From Octopus sinensis (lineage: Eukaryota), in assembly GCF_006345805.1 (NCBI RefSeq), contig NC_043000.1, positions 152,148,001 to 152,212,000 of the forward strand: a stretch of DNA of 64,000 bases. The letters run 5' to 3'. Positions 1 to 12,353 of this stretch are shown here, one piece after another; position 1 is the first letter of the stretch; every line of letters begins with the position of its first letter. The notes beneath the pieces are model-generated. The model searched no databases. It was not told the origin of the DNA and saw only the letters and a program-made list of their open reading frames with translations. Position numbers and translations under genes: made by a program.

Positions 1-499
1 TAAACACTGACTTGCATTTTTTCCAACTTACTGAATCAGGAAGAAGGAGCAGTTCCCATGATCTTTATAGGCCCTTTGAGACTGGTGAAACTTGCAATGG
101 TTAAAGACCATTGCAAGTAAAAACCTGGTGGGTAAAAATATGAGTAGAGAGAGAATTCCAGAGGACCAATGCTTTAGGACAGAAGGGCTAGGCCTAATGA
201 TTAGTTCAGGACCTGAGGGGTAAGATACAGCAAGGATGATAGAGGCTTCCTCTATCATTGCCATTTACTCAAAGTCAACTGTAAGCATCCCTTGAATCTT
301 ATTTTCATTTTTTGATCAAATCATGTTTAGAGGAATGAAAAGCAAAATCAATTTCCAGAAGAATAAAATTTACAATTGATTTATCTACCAAAGTACCAAA
401 GAAAGTAATATTTATACAAATACATAATACATTGACTATTGATTGTTAATCGTACTTTTTATACCTTATCTTGTGAAACATTTTTTCATTTTTTTTCAG

Positions 500-620
500 T
501 CCAAGAATAGTAACTTCTGATGGTCATCTTATATTCATGACTGGTGTAAACCATAACATTACTTTCAAGTCATCCTCAGGTGGTTTTGTTAACATCGATG
601 GGCATGATTTAAAAGATTTG
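500..620 (+). CDS. CUBN: Cubilin exon (first in window), N-terminal amnionless-binding region
   Basis: ttttttcag acceptor, gtaata donor; encodes PRIVTSDGHLIFMTGVNHNITFKSSSGGFVNIDGHDLKDL, resembling the vertebrate cubilin N-terminus ([37 protein letters not shown], from memory); phase 2 to 0. Confidence 0.9.
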
Positions 621-791
621 GTAATATAATTTCTTTTTTATTTTTTGTCTCAAAAGTGTTTTATTTCTTTATTCAAGAGAAAGCATTTTCTGGCTTAACT
701 CTTATTTTCTTTTTGAGTACCATAACATATTTTGAAGTTTTTGGCAATTTTAATAAACTGTTTCTTTGTTGTTGGCTTTTGACTATGCATT

Positions 792-1190
792 CTTTACGTG
801 GTGGCACCACATAAAAAGCACATGCACTGGTGCCACATACAGAGACCCAGTACCAGCACCACATGAGGAGTACCCATACTGTCACCATTTATGGAACACC
901 TGTGCTGGCACCATGTAAAAGGCACCTATCCCAGTGTCATGTAAAGGGCACCCATGCTGGAGTCACATATAGAACACCTGTGCCACCACCATGTAAAGAG
1001 CCACCATGCCAGTGTCATGTAAACAGTACCAAGTACTCACTGTGATGTGGTTGGTACTAGGAAGGGTATCCAACCATAGAAACCATACCAAAACAGATGA
1101 CTGAGCCTAGTGCATCTCTCCGACTTGCCAGCTCCTGTCAAACTTTCCAGCCCATGCCTGTATGGAAAATGACATTAAATGATGATTATG
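792..1190 (+). mobile_element. Old RTE-type 3' UTR / SINE-like repeat
   Basis: diverged atgtaaaagcac repeats, ggaagggtatcc, ending atggaaaatgacattaaatgatgat; same layout as the younger copies. Confidence 0.6.
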
Positions 1191-1411
1191 GCAATGACTG
1201 TTCATCTTTTATAGAAATCGTTAAAGACTGAGATTGATTGTTTCCATATATGGTGGTCTTTGTTTAATTCCTACTGGATTCTTTTGATAAAGAAAATTGA
1301 TTAAATTAACTCCAGTACCAATTTTGTTATTCTGATTTGAATTTGAACTTTGAACTTTCTACTGACAGCCATGGAAACCACACCACTTATTGTTATCTCT
1401 ATAGATCTCAC

Positions 1412-1896
1412 TATAGTGATGTCAGTAAGTGACATCCTATAATCTTTATAATTGCACGCGAGAAAGAGGGGTCAACATCTTTAAACGACAAGAAAATAAG
1501 AATTTGTAAGACGTTTGTTATAAGTCATAACATATTTATTACTGAATGTAATGTGTTAACATATAAGGTTAATTGAAGGAAATGCTTGTAACATCACATG
1601 AACATATTTTGCAATCATGTCTCAAAGCAAATAAGGTGAACATCCGCTTGTGTGGGTGTGTATGCAAGTGGTGTGACTCAGTACATGTTTAGGAACTGAC
1701 TGGCAAGAGTGGCTGAAATTAGAAATGTGTTCCTTTATATAAGGGATGAATCAGAAGTCCCTGACTTCCACGTTATCCGGAAGTTAATCGGAAGCTTCTA
1801 GAAAGTTCAAGAATTTTCAAGAAGGTTGGGGGAGATTACTCTCGTTAGAGCCCTTTTTCGTTTTGCTTCCTTGCTTGACCGCCAGGGGTCACTACA
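1412..1896 (-). mobile_element. Solo LTR (Gypsy-like)
   Basis: termini tatagtga...tcactaca (TGTAGTGA-like inverted ends); 4-bp TSD tcac at 1408-1411 and 1897-1900; TATA and AATAAA on the minus strand. Confidence 0.7.
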
Positions 1897-2136
1897 TCAC
1901 TCTAGTCTTCAATAATGATTTGATCGATGATATGTAGCTCTTTTCTAAAGGCCTGTTTCAGGAATTGAACCCTTAACTGCAAGTTAGTAAAATACACATC
2001 AATTATGCAGTGTTCCCCAACCCATGATGTTTACAACAGCACGAAATTGAATTGTCTGGTTTTTAAAGATTTAATTTCAGAGGCACTTCACAGTACCAAC
2101 AGCAAAATATAATGATTTCTATTTTTTTGGTTATAG

Positions 2137-2220
2137 ATCTCATCTCAAAAGAAACTTAATGTAAACTTGAAATCTGAATTAGAACAAATGAAAGCTTCTC
2201 AGCAAACTTTGAATTCACTG
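2137..2220 (+). CDS. CUBN: Cubilin coiled-coil exon (84 nt, phase 0-0)
   Basis: ttatag / gtaaat; ISSQKKLNVNLKSELEQMKASQQTLNSL, heptad pattern, no stop. Confidence 0.75.
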
Positions 2221-2251
2221 GTAAATGTTCTTTTTCTCTACTTTAGTTTAA

Positions 2252-2469
2252 CCCTTTAATGTTTAGATTACTCTGTTAAATGTAATACTTTTTCACTCAA
2301 ATTGTTTTGAATTAATCATACATTATCTCATAGCTTTGAAATCTCTATGATGTGATTGTTTATTTTTAGAATGTCACTGTAGGTTAGGTGCGAGAGGTTA
2401 GATATGGCCAGTTGAAATCTAAAACGTAGAATATTTGGGCCAGATATGGCTGGTTTAAACACTAAAGGG
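2252..2469. mobile_element. piggyBac-type MITE
   Basis: TTAA-CCCTTTA...TAAAGGG-TTAA; related copies at 3423 and 57339. Confidence 0.8.
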
Positions 2470-2737
2470 TTAAAGTTGATGCTTCAAAATTAATCTTATT
2501 TCAGGTTCACGCTCTCTCTGCCTCTGTCTCTCTCTCTCTTATATACTCATTCATCAAGTGGTAAGTTCTTGGTAAGCTGAATGAATTTGATTACTGGTTA
2601 TTCTGCATGCATATAATTTCTAGATATCATTAACAAAGAGAATGATAGACCCCTATATGATTGGTCAGTCCATGCTCTGCATGAAATATTTTCTAGTCAT
2701 ATAATAGAAAACACAAATAAACTATGCTGGATCTCAC

Positions 2738-3290
2738 GAAGGCAAAGTGGCTGGGTACATTTTGAGTATTGGATCTAATGGAGGCAAAGTGGCTGAGTTC
2801 CTTTCACGTGTTGGGCCTCATAGAGGCCAAGTGGCTGAGTTCCTTTTGAGTGTTGGGCCTCACGGAGGCGAGATGGCGGAGTTCCTATTGAGCGTTGGGC
2901 CTCATGGAGGCAAAGTGGCCGAGTTCCTTTCGAGTGTTGGGCCTCATGTAGGCAAGGTGGCTGAGTTCCTTTTGAGCGTTGGGCCTCACGGAGGCGAGAT
3001 GGCTGAGTTCCTTTTGAGCGTTGGGCCTCACGGAGGCGAGATGGCTGAGTTCCTTTTGAGCGTTGGGCCTCATGGAGGCAAAGTGGCCGAGTTCCTTTCG
3101 AGTGTTGGGCCTCATGGAGGCGAGGTGGCTGAGTTCCTTTTGAGTGTTGGGCCTCACGGAGGCGAGATGGCTGAGTTCTTTTTGAGCGTTGGGCCTCATG
3201 GAGGCAAAGTGGCCGAGTTCCTTTCGAGTGTTGGGACTCAAGGAGGCGAGGTGGTTGAGCTCCTTTTGAGTGTTGGGCCTTATGGAGGCA
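2738..3290. repeat. 42-bp minisatellite, about 13 units
   Basis: unit ggaggcgagatggctgagttccttttgagcgttgggcctcac; explains ORFs 2747-3367 and 2885-3355. Confidence 0.95.
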
Positions 3291-3422
3291 ATAACCAAGA
3301 CCTTTGGCATTATGTCGTGCTTGAGAAGAAAACCCATCAAGCTGAGCAAAATCACAAAATTTCTTGAGAGGGTTAATATGTTAAGTCATGGTGGTTGACA
3401 TGAAAATTGATTTAATGTTTAA

Positions 3423-3637
3423 CTCTTTAGCATTCAGAAAACTCTATCAAATGTATTTGTTATTTGTTATTAATGCAATTAATCATGCATTATCTTGTTG
3501 CTCAAGATTTCAATGATGTGGTTGTTTACTTTTAGAATGACACTGTAGGGTAAGTGTAAGAGGTTAGATCTGGCCAGTGTGGACATAAAACAAGTTGAAT
3601 ATTTTGACCAGATATGGCCGATTTAAATGCTAATGGG
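3423..3637. mobile_element. piggyBac-type MITE
   Basis: TTAA-CTCTTTAG...TAATGGG-TTAA; homologous to 2252-2469. Confidence 0.75.
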
Positions 3638-3809
3638 TTAATAGGAAATTTGAAGTTACATTTTACTTTGTCTACCTTGTTATATTTTATCTTTGTTGTA
3701 AAGAACTCAGGACTATTTGTTGCTCTGTGTTCATTTGTGTTAATTAATATTTCATTGCATAATTATCCCATGGGCTTTGAATACTATTGCTACTATTACT
3801 TCTACAGAT

Positions 3810-4051
3810 TTCTGTAGACGATTTCATCTCAATCGAAGGAGAGGGGCTTTCTCCGTCCGGGTTGTGGATCCGTGGAACAAGCTGCCAGATGAGATGGTGA
3901 AGATGCCGACGACCGCTTTGTTCAAAGTCTCCCTTGACCACAAGTGGCCTGAATTCTTTACATGAACACCACTCTGTACATAACTCCATGTCCCCCTACA
4001 TGGCCTTGCTTTTTGCTTTTTGAGCCAAAAGTTAACTAACTAACTAACTAA
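3810..4051 (+). mobile_element. 5'-truncated CR1-like LINE 3' end
   Basis: RRGAFSVRVVDPWNKLP...FKVSLD; (TAAC)n tail; TSD ctacagat at 3802-3809 and 4052-4059. Confidence 0.85.
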
Positions 4052-4315
4052 CTACAGATGACAAGGGTGGTGTGCAGCAACGATTGGGTGGTAAACATAA
4101 GTCTCATAGAGACTTATCAAAAACCAAGTTTATGAATGAGACTTGTAATTATCAGGAGAAGATAAGGTTCAGAGAATAACTTATGAGAAAAAAAAGTAGT
4201 GATGGTGAGATTGTGAGACTGATAGTAACAAAGTTGACTGGGATTGTAAAAAGAAGAGGCTTTGGAGTAAGACAGTGGTGATGATGCTATTAATGGTGTG
4301 GATGATAATGATTAT

Positions 4316-4706
4316 AGGCGCAGGAGTGGCTGTGTGGTAAGTAGCTTGTCTACCAACCACATGGTTCCGGGTTCAGTCCCACTGCGTGGCACCTTGGGTA
4401 AGTGGCTTTTACTATAGCCTCGGGCCGACCAAAGCCTTGTGAGTGGATTTGGGAGACGGAAACTGAAAGAAGCCCGTCGTATATATATATATGTATGTGT
4501 GTGTCTGTGTTTGTCCCCCTAGCATTGCTTGACAACCGATGCTGGTGTGTTTATGTCCCCGTTACTTAGCAGTTCGGCAAAAGAGACCGATAGAATAAGT
4601 ACTGGGCTTACAAAAGAATAAGTCCCAGGGTCGAGTTGCTCGATTAAAAGGTGGTGCTCCAGCATGGCCGCAGTCAAATGACTGAAACAAGTAAAAGAGT
4701 AAAGAG
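4316..4706 (+). mobile_element. tRNA-derived SINE family A
   Basis: A/B-box head (tggctgtgtgg; ggttcagtccc), ccttggg(c)aagt CORE-like segment, internal TA/TG microsatellite, (gtaaaaga)n tail. Confidence 0.9.
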
Positions 4707-4920
4707 TATTATAGGAAAATATGTATTAGGAACATAACAATGATTGTACTGAGGTGAATATGGATATGCAGCTTTCAATGACCTTTTGTAGCTCAAAAAT
4801 AGTATCCTTTTAAAAATTATGATGGGTTTACTAAATAGAAGATTTAAAGTTCATGTTATTTTTTGTATTGAATTAGTTAATGTTCAATTCATTTAAGAAT
4901 ATTTTTTAATTTTATCTCAG

Positions 4921-5007
4921 TTATATACTAATATAACACGGAAGCTGACCTCAATGGAACAAAACTATAACAGGTTGAAAAGCCGTCTTCAAAATTTAAA
5001 CCTAAAT
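4921..5007 (+). CDS. CUBN: Cubilin coiled-coil exon (87 nt, phase 0-0)
   Basis: ttttatctcag / gtaagt; LYTNITRKLTSMEQNYNRLKSRLQNLNLN, heptad pattern. Confidence 0.8.
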
Positions 5008-6758
5008 GTAAGTATACGTTTGAATCGTTAATACATGCAGTGTAAAAAAAAAAAACAAACTAAAGATTGTTACATAACAATAAAAACAATTTTGTGTGTT
5101 GTAGGAATGTTCCATATAAGAAGTAGGCTACAAAACACTTGGGATGGAGTAGTTTGGTCAGCCCTGAAAGGAGTGGGTCTCATGAATGAAGTATTAAAAA
5201 TTAAGGCGCATGGAAATATATTTTATTTCAGAACCCATCCTCCTCATTATAATCTGGGAATTATAAGCAAAATAGAAATTTAAAAAATATTATAAAAAGT
5301 AAATAATCTTTGGTTGTTTTGATGATGAGTATTCTTCTTGTTCAACCAGTGAATTCTACCTATTCTTTGAATTATAATATAAGTGGGTATTTCAAACACA
5401 TTTGTATTCTTAGCATAATCTGAAGGCAGATCAGTATGACACAGTGTGAGACAAGACCAAACTTTTTAAATTACAGTTCATCTTATGGAGTTTCCATATA
5501 GTTTGTCCACCTAATTTGTCCACCTATTTACATGCAGAAGAACTGGGAAGACCCAAAGCAATGGTGTGGTAGGAGACATGTACTGAAGTGTTACACTGTG
5601 GAATTGAAATCAGAGCCCCATGATAATAAAAACGACTTTTCAACCATTTGACAATGTCTGTACGTACCAATCAGACACATATCCAGAATGTTGTCAAATG
5701 GTAAAGTAGTATACCTTATCTGGAATAACAGTTTTAGTAGCCTAGTGGTTAGTGTGATGCACTTATGACAGCCAAATCATAGGTTCCATTCTTGGACTGG
5801 GTGGTACATTTTGTTCCTGAGCAAAACAATTCATTTCACATTACTCTGTGGTTGGGAGAGTGGCAGAATTGTTGGTGCATCAGCAGAAATGCTTTACAGT
5901 ATATCTTCCAGCTCTCTGCATTATGAGTTCAAATCCCACCTGCCTGGAGAAGACAATGGGAAATCACTCTGGTATTCATCCCAAGCCAAGTCATGATAGT
6001 TGAAGTTCTGGTAATCTACATAACTGCATCAGTGGAGGGTACAAGCCCTCCTTGGTCATATAACAGAATGCTGGAGAAGGTCCAAATGCACAAGACCTAC
6101 CCAAGAGCAGACATCTCTAGATAGAGAGATAGATAATAGCAATATTTTAAATACATAAAAACTAATAGAAAAAAAGAGAAATTATACTTCACAGAAATTC
6201 AGCTAGTTGAATTGGGCAAATGATTAGCCTAGCAGTCAAAGAATCAATGTTTCATATCCCATTACTTTACTGCAGTGTTTTTGTGATCACATAACTCTAA
6301 AAGGCTTAGTTTATAAAGCTGCGAATAGGTACTCCTAATATGCTAGTATTGTTAACTACCATAAGCTGCTGGAGCTTTGTATAATTAATTAGCTTGCAGT
6401 ACTAAGTCCAACTGTTCCTGCGAATTTAGCTTATAAAAATAATGGGCTCTGCCAAGTTTATTTTATTCAAAGTACTCTGTATAAAGACTAATTGATGCTA
6501 ATGTTTTACAGAATTTCTCTGCATTGTCACCATTTATAATCTAGAGGCGTGCTAAGGATTTTGAAACAGAATGTGTTGAATATTTTACTTATGTAAAATG
6601 AAACATTAGCCAAATTGATCTTTTCTGTTTAACTGACTCTGTCAGTATTAATCCTATTTAAATTAACAAATGCAAAAATGGGCACACAAAATTTTAAAAC
6701 AGTCAATACAGGATTAAGATGAGATTTTGCAGTGTAAGTGTAAAAAAAAATTCTTGGT

Positions 6759-6792
<34 letters not shown>

Positions 6793-6801
6793 TAATAATA
6801 A

Positions 6802-7289
6802 TGATATGTTGTGAAAGACCAAAACAGTAAAGTTTGCTTATTGATTGACATGAGCATCCCCTGTGATCATATCTCGGCGAAAGAGTTTGACAAGCTCAGA
6901 AAATATAAAGACCTGCTCATTGAAATTGAGAAAATGTGGCATCTCAAGGCAGTTACAATACACGTGATCGTAGGAGCACTAGGAATGATCAAGAAGGGAA
7001 CCGAAAATTATATGAGAATGATCCCTGGCTTACCATCCCTGCAAGAAGTGCAAAAGATTGTCGTAACTGGTACATCACACGTATTGAGAAGAGCATTGTC
7101 GATGTGAGAACTATTACTACCCATGTATTTTAATTTAACTTTATTTCTATCAAAAAAAAAAAAATGAACAAACTATTGAGTTTAGTTTAATGGCCTACCA
7201 ATGTATACTATGAGTTTCTTTGCCCTAGGAGTCGGGAAGACACTCGGCAAGAAATGGAAGCAAATTTGAAAGAAGAAGAAAAACCCATA

Positions 7290-7290
<1 letters not shown>
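6802..7290 (+). mobile_element. 5'-truncated R4/Dong-clade non-LTR retrotransposon in a (TAA)n tract
   Basis: restriction-like endonuclease C-terminus CLLIDMSIPCD...K..KYKDL...VIVGALG; (AAT)n on both sides. Confidence 0.85.
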
Positions 7291-7320
<30 letters not shown>

Positions 7321-7514
7321 GGGCACTATTTCAAAATTTAGAATTGTAGCACTTTGATGGCTCGGAACCTATTAAATGTATGCTTTTTAGTTTTGCTCAC
7401 CTATATTCTGAGCTGAGATTTTATCAACAGTGACTTCACTTTTCTTCTCTTTAGGATTGCTATAATAAGCATGGGTAGCATACTGGGTTGATTCAGTTGA
7501 CTATAGCTAATCAT

Positions 7515-8194
7515 CATAATAATCATCATTATCGTTTAGCGTCCGCTTTCCATGCTAGCATGGGTTGGACGGTTCAACTGGGGTCTGGGAAGCCAGAAGG
7601 CTGCACCAGGCCCAGTCTGATCTGGCAATGTTTCTACGGCTGGATGCCTTTCCTAATGCCAACCACTCTGTGAGTGTAATGGGTGCTTTTTACATGCCAC
7701 CAGCACAGATGCCATATGAGGCTGGCAAACGGCCACGATCGGATGGTGCTTTTTACGTGCCACTGGCACGGAGGCCAGTCGGAGCAGCGCTGGCAATGGC
7801 CACATTCGGATGGTTCTCTTATGTGCCACCAGCACTGGTATCACAGCTACAATTTCCCTTGATGTTGATCGATTTCAATTTTGATTTTGATTTTCACTTG
7901 CCTCAACAGGTCTTCGCAAGTAGAGTTTTGTGTCCCAAGAAGGAAAGTTATGCATAAGTGGACTGGCTACATCCCAGGTAGAGGCCACGGGTTATGGTCT
8001 CACTTGTCTTGCTGGGTCTTCTCACGCACAGCATACTTCCAAAGGTCTCAGTCTCTAGTCATTTCCTCGGTGAGACCTAAAGTTTGAAGGTCGTGCTTTA
8101 CCACCTCATCCCAGGTTTTCCTGGGTCTACCTCTTCCACAGGTTCCGTCAACTGCTAGGGTGTGGCACTTTTTCACACAACTATCTTCATCCAT
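7515..8194 (-). mobile_element. 5'-truncated RTE LINE: ORF C-terminus plus 3' UTR with (GAT)n tail
   Basis: minus 8194-8000 = MDEDSCVKKCHTLAVDGTCGRGRPRKTWDEVVKHDLQTLGLTEEMTRD*DLWKYAVREKTQQDK; continues into the common catggaaagcggacgctaaacgat end. Confidence 0.85.
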
Positions 8195-8818
8195 TTCAAT
8201 CCTATATAAAAATTAGCCTTGTATCTAATCAAAAGAAATCATTGAGATTAGACATTTGGCAGAAATAACATTGCTAGGCTTAATACAGCATTACTTAGTT
8301 CTGTCCTTCTATGTTGTTAGCTTAAATGCTACAATGGTGAACTTCACTTGTAATTCCACAAAAAGAATAAAAGAAAGTAGTAATAGAAAAATATAATCAG
8401 CTATACTCTTCTACAAAATGTAACTTTATACTAATAAACCAAGTGATTTTTCTTTGATTAAGTTTCCTCCTATGTACATAAAACTAACACAAATTTTTGT
8501 CTTAATTGCTAAAAAAATCCCCAAATTATTTTTAATAGAAAATATTTTTAGATACAGAATTAGAAAAGAAATATTTCTTTGGTGATTTGAATTACTGTAT
8601 TTGATGGCATATAAGATTCACTCCCACCCCAAAATGTCTCAAAAATCATCCTGGGTCCTATATGTGAAGTTGCTTTAAATGTTACATACTTTAACACACT
8701 CAAAATTTTTTTCTTGAATATGCATTGCTGAAATTAGGGTACTTCTAATATGCTATCGGATCTAGTATTTCAGTATCATTTTCACTTGCACTAATAATAA
8801 TGCTTTTGGACATTGCAG

Positions 8819-8926
8819 CAGTCAGGTTCTGGAAGCAGTCTTATATCCAGAATAATATCTTTAGAAAACAAATTGAGATTTGATCCAAGGGTGCTGCAGT
8901 CATCAGTCGAACTGTTAAAAACACAA
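8819..8926 (+). CDS. CUBN: Cubilin coiled-coil exon (108 nt, or 105 nt from 8822; phase 0-0)
   Basis: ttgcagCAG tandem acceptor / gtaaga; QSGSGSSLISRIISLENKLRFDPRVLQSSVELLKTQ. Confidence 0.75.
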
Positions 8927-8964
8927 GTAAGATCTTTCATTTCTTTTTTGCTCATCTTTTATTT

Positions 8965-9190
8965 ATTTCTTTGTTGCCCACAGGGGGCTAAACATAGAAG
9001 GGACAAACAAGGACAGACAAAGGGATTAAGTCGATTACCAGTGTGTAACTGGTACTTATTTAATTGACCCTGAAAGGATGACAGGCAAAGTTGACCTCAG
9101 CAGAATTTGAACTCAGAACATAATGGCAGACAAAATACTGCTAAGCATTTCACCTGGCGTGCTAACATTTCTGTCAACTCACTTCCCTTT
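8965..9190 (-). mobile_element. SINE family B
   Basis: homologous to 34952-35182; gagttcaaattc B-box-like motif; gcc(tt)tcatcctttc(g)gggtc segment. Confidence 0.75.
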
Positions 9191-9231
9191 TGCTCATTTT
9201 TATTAATTTTTATTTGTCATCTAAATTCATT

Positions 9232-9620
9232 GCAATGGCCCAGTGGTTAGGGCAGCGGACTCGCGGTCATAGGATCGCGGTTTCGATTCCCAGACCGGGC
9301 GTTGTGAGTGTTTATTGAGCGAAAACACCTAAAGCTCCACGAGGCTCCAGCAGGGATGGTGGTGATCCCTGCTGTACTCTTTCACCACAACTTTCTCTCA
9401 CTCTTACTTCCTGTTTCTGTTGTACCTGTATTTCAAAGGGCCAGCCTTGTCACTCTCTGTGTCACGCTGAATATCCCCAAGAACTACATTAAGGGTACAC
9501 GTGTCTGTGGTGTGCTCAGCCACTTACACGTTAATTTCTTGAGCAGGCTGTTCCGTTGATTCGGATCAACCGGAACCCTCGTCGTCGTAACCGACGGAGT
9601 GCTTCCATCCATCCATCCAT
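9232..9620 (+). mobile_element. tRNA-derived SINE family C
   Basis: tggcccagtggttagg A box, gtttcgattcc B box, (tcca)n tail; homologous to 20950-21334. Confidence 0.85.
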
Positions 9621-9869
9621 TTTAACTCATGTCCATTGTCTTTTTTTGAGGAGATAAAAAGAAAAACGAATATAAAACAAGCAGGTTGCACAGTTTTATT
9701 TCTTTTCTATAAATTTAAAACTTTTGCTCATGATCTCTTGATCTTAAATCAAGATCTTAAATCAACGTACTCTCAATAATTAGCCGGAGATGTTTTTTAA
9801 AATGAAAATATCTGAAATAAACTCAACTGCTCTTACAAACGAGAATACTAAAACTGAACCCGAATGCTC

Positions 9870-9958
9870 TCAAAAATTAAGTAAAATAACAGGAAAAATA
9901 ATCCAGAATCCTTGTCTGGTACCAGATCGATCCCAAAATCTAATCCGTTCATGCCAGT
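9870..9958 (-). repeat. Inverted partial copy of the 10727-11010 element
   Basis: gaatccttgtctggtaccagatcgatcccaaaatctaatccgttcatgccagt is nearly the reverse complement of 10862-10915. Confidence 0.8.
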
Positions 9959-10726
9959 TTTAAGTCTTAAGCTTATTGTATGAAACACCAATCTATCATA
10001 GTTAACATTTTCTGATGATTTATTACGTATTCATATTAGATAAGTGAATTCAGACATAATTAATTTAAAGTACAGCTTGAATACACAGCAGTAGATTTTA
10101 AACTCAAGATGTGGAAAGAGATAGATCTCAATCTGGATAGAATGTCATTTCTCTTCCATTGTGCTTTATATAGAATAATGAATTCCAACAGAGTTCCTTA
10201 TAATTATTTTCCTTGACATGAAAGCATGGTTGGCAAAGTATCAATAACATTAAACAACAAGCTGAGAGACCTGCAGTTTGTATTTGACAACAACACTTGA
10301 TTGTATATATAATGAAAGCCTTTTAAATTTTATTCAGCCCAAATTATTGATTGGTGTGAGAAGTTCAATGTATTAATCAACTTCTACATTGTAGATAAGA
10401 GTTTTGTTAGTTTTCTGAGCTGAGTTCAACTCTCTTGTTGGCATATCTTGGAAAGAACTGAGATCTAATCATTTAAATTGCTTTATACTACATGAAGATA
10501 AGCTTCGTAGTGGAGCATCTTTTACTTATTGGTTATAAGATTCCTTATTTTACTTTCCATATTAAACTGCATCATTAGTATTATATAAATTTTAGGCAGT
10601 AGTCCAAGATATGGCTTCATTCCCCATCATCATCATTTAACATTTGTTTTTCATGCTGTAAATGTAGTCATGTTCCTAGATGAGGAAGGAATGAGAAAGG
10701 AGTATTAAGTTATTATACTTAGTAGT

Positions 10727-11010
10727 TATTACCTCCACCTTAGCGAAGGTGGAAAGGTATTGTTTTCAGTCGTGTTTGTTTAGTTGTTTGTTCTTGGACA
10801 AGATATCTCAAGAACCGCTGGATGGATGCAGATGAAACTTTCAGGGAGGTTTGGCTTCATGACTGGCATGAACGGATTAGATTTTGGGATCAATCTGGTA
10901 CCAGACAAGGATTCTGAATTATTTTTCCTGTTATTTTACTTAATTTTTGAGAGTGTTCGGGTTAAGGTTAATCTCTGCCAAGTGGCTTCACTCTGCGTGC
11001 TTTAGGTTTG
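10727..11010 (+). mobile_element. Helentron-associated (HINE/DINE-1-like) element
   Basis: ttattacctccacctt-agcg-aaggtgga subterminal hairpin followed by a gtttgttt tract, the typical HINE layout. Confidence 0.55.
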
Positions 11011-11128
11011 TTACTAAGGCAACAGTCTGGATACTTTTTGATCAGACCTCGTATATATCTACAATTACCCTATACACCTTATATCTCTTATCTATTTATT
11101 TATCTTGTATATGGATGTTTCTATGCAC

Positions 11129-11161
<33 letters not shown>

Positions 11162-11508
11162 AAGGAGAGTTTGTGTATGCATGTGTGTGTGTGTGCGTGC
11201 ATGTGTGTGTGTGCATGTGTGTGTGTGCATGTGTGTGTGTGCATGTGTGTGTGTGTGTGCGTGCATATGTTCCTTATGCATTCAAAAACTGAGTTACTGA
11301 TTTTGATGTATGGGCTATCAAAAGATTCAGTAATCTTTCAGCTACCAAATAAACTTTATTTTCATTTACATATTCTCTATGTTTTCTTAACAACCAGCTA
11401 AAGTTATTTGAAAGTGTTGCATTATGGGAGTGATGATGTGTGAATAATGAAAGTAATGTTTCTCTGAATTAGTCACATCTGTACTATAATAGGGAAAGCT
11501 GCTTATCA

Positions 11509-11959
11509 TCTATCTCTCTATATATAAAGGCTACCAAATAAACTATGTTTTTGGCACAACATTTTCTTTTTACTACTAAACCTCAGAAACGAGGTTGAGT
11601 TGCACAATTTTGATGTTTATTTTCAGGCAATATTTCAGTTTCTAATGTTTCACTTTTATCCAATGTTATCATGCATGTGTAGAATTCTACTCAGACAAAC
11701 ATTTATGAAAATGTACACATAAATATTGTATTAAAATAAGCCACAACTAAAAAAATTCATTAAAAAACATCCATTTCTCTGTATGTTATGAGGAAATAGT
11801 CACTCACACTCACATGCACACATACATACAAAAAAGATGTATGCATATGTATTTATTGTATGTGTATATGGAAGATAGTGTGTGTATGTGTGTGAAAGAG
11901 AGAGAGAGCGAGTGAGTGCCATTTATACATGCAAAAAAATATACAACATACAGCTTCGC

Positions 11960-12003
<44 letters not shown>

Positions 12004-12317
12004 ATGCATACGTACACATACGCACACACATCCGTTTCATATACATGTATATACATCTTTCACTTTCTCCCCTCTTTCACTTTCTGCTTTCACTTCAAAA
12101 CAATGCCACCTTTTCACTTTCTCATCTCTTTCAATTTCTGCTCTCTTCAAAACATAAGGAAATAAAAAAAATTTTATGGAAATTAATGAACAATCATATG
12201 ATCCCATATAATCAACCATATGATCAAGCTGAGAATTTTGCTACTTCAAACAAAAGAATGTCATAAAATAACTTCCTTTGGCACACACACACATGCACAC
12301 ACACACACACACATGCA

Positions 12318-12353
<36 letters not shown>

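Noticed and set aside
28-264. 78-aa minus-strand ORF
   Set aside because: No recognisable motif or splice support; probably decayed repeat or chance
2747-3367. 206-aa repeat protein ORF and its 156-aa antisense ORF
   Set aside because: A 42-bp minisatellite open on both strands; no ATG start on the + frame; appears retroelement-derived
9232-9305. tRNA-like sequences (also at 4316, 38215-38290, 58190-58265 and other SINE heads)
   Set aside because: Acceptor stems are incomplete and each continues into a multicopy SINE body; SINE heads, not tRNA genes
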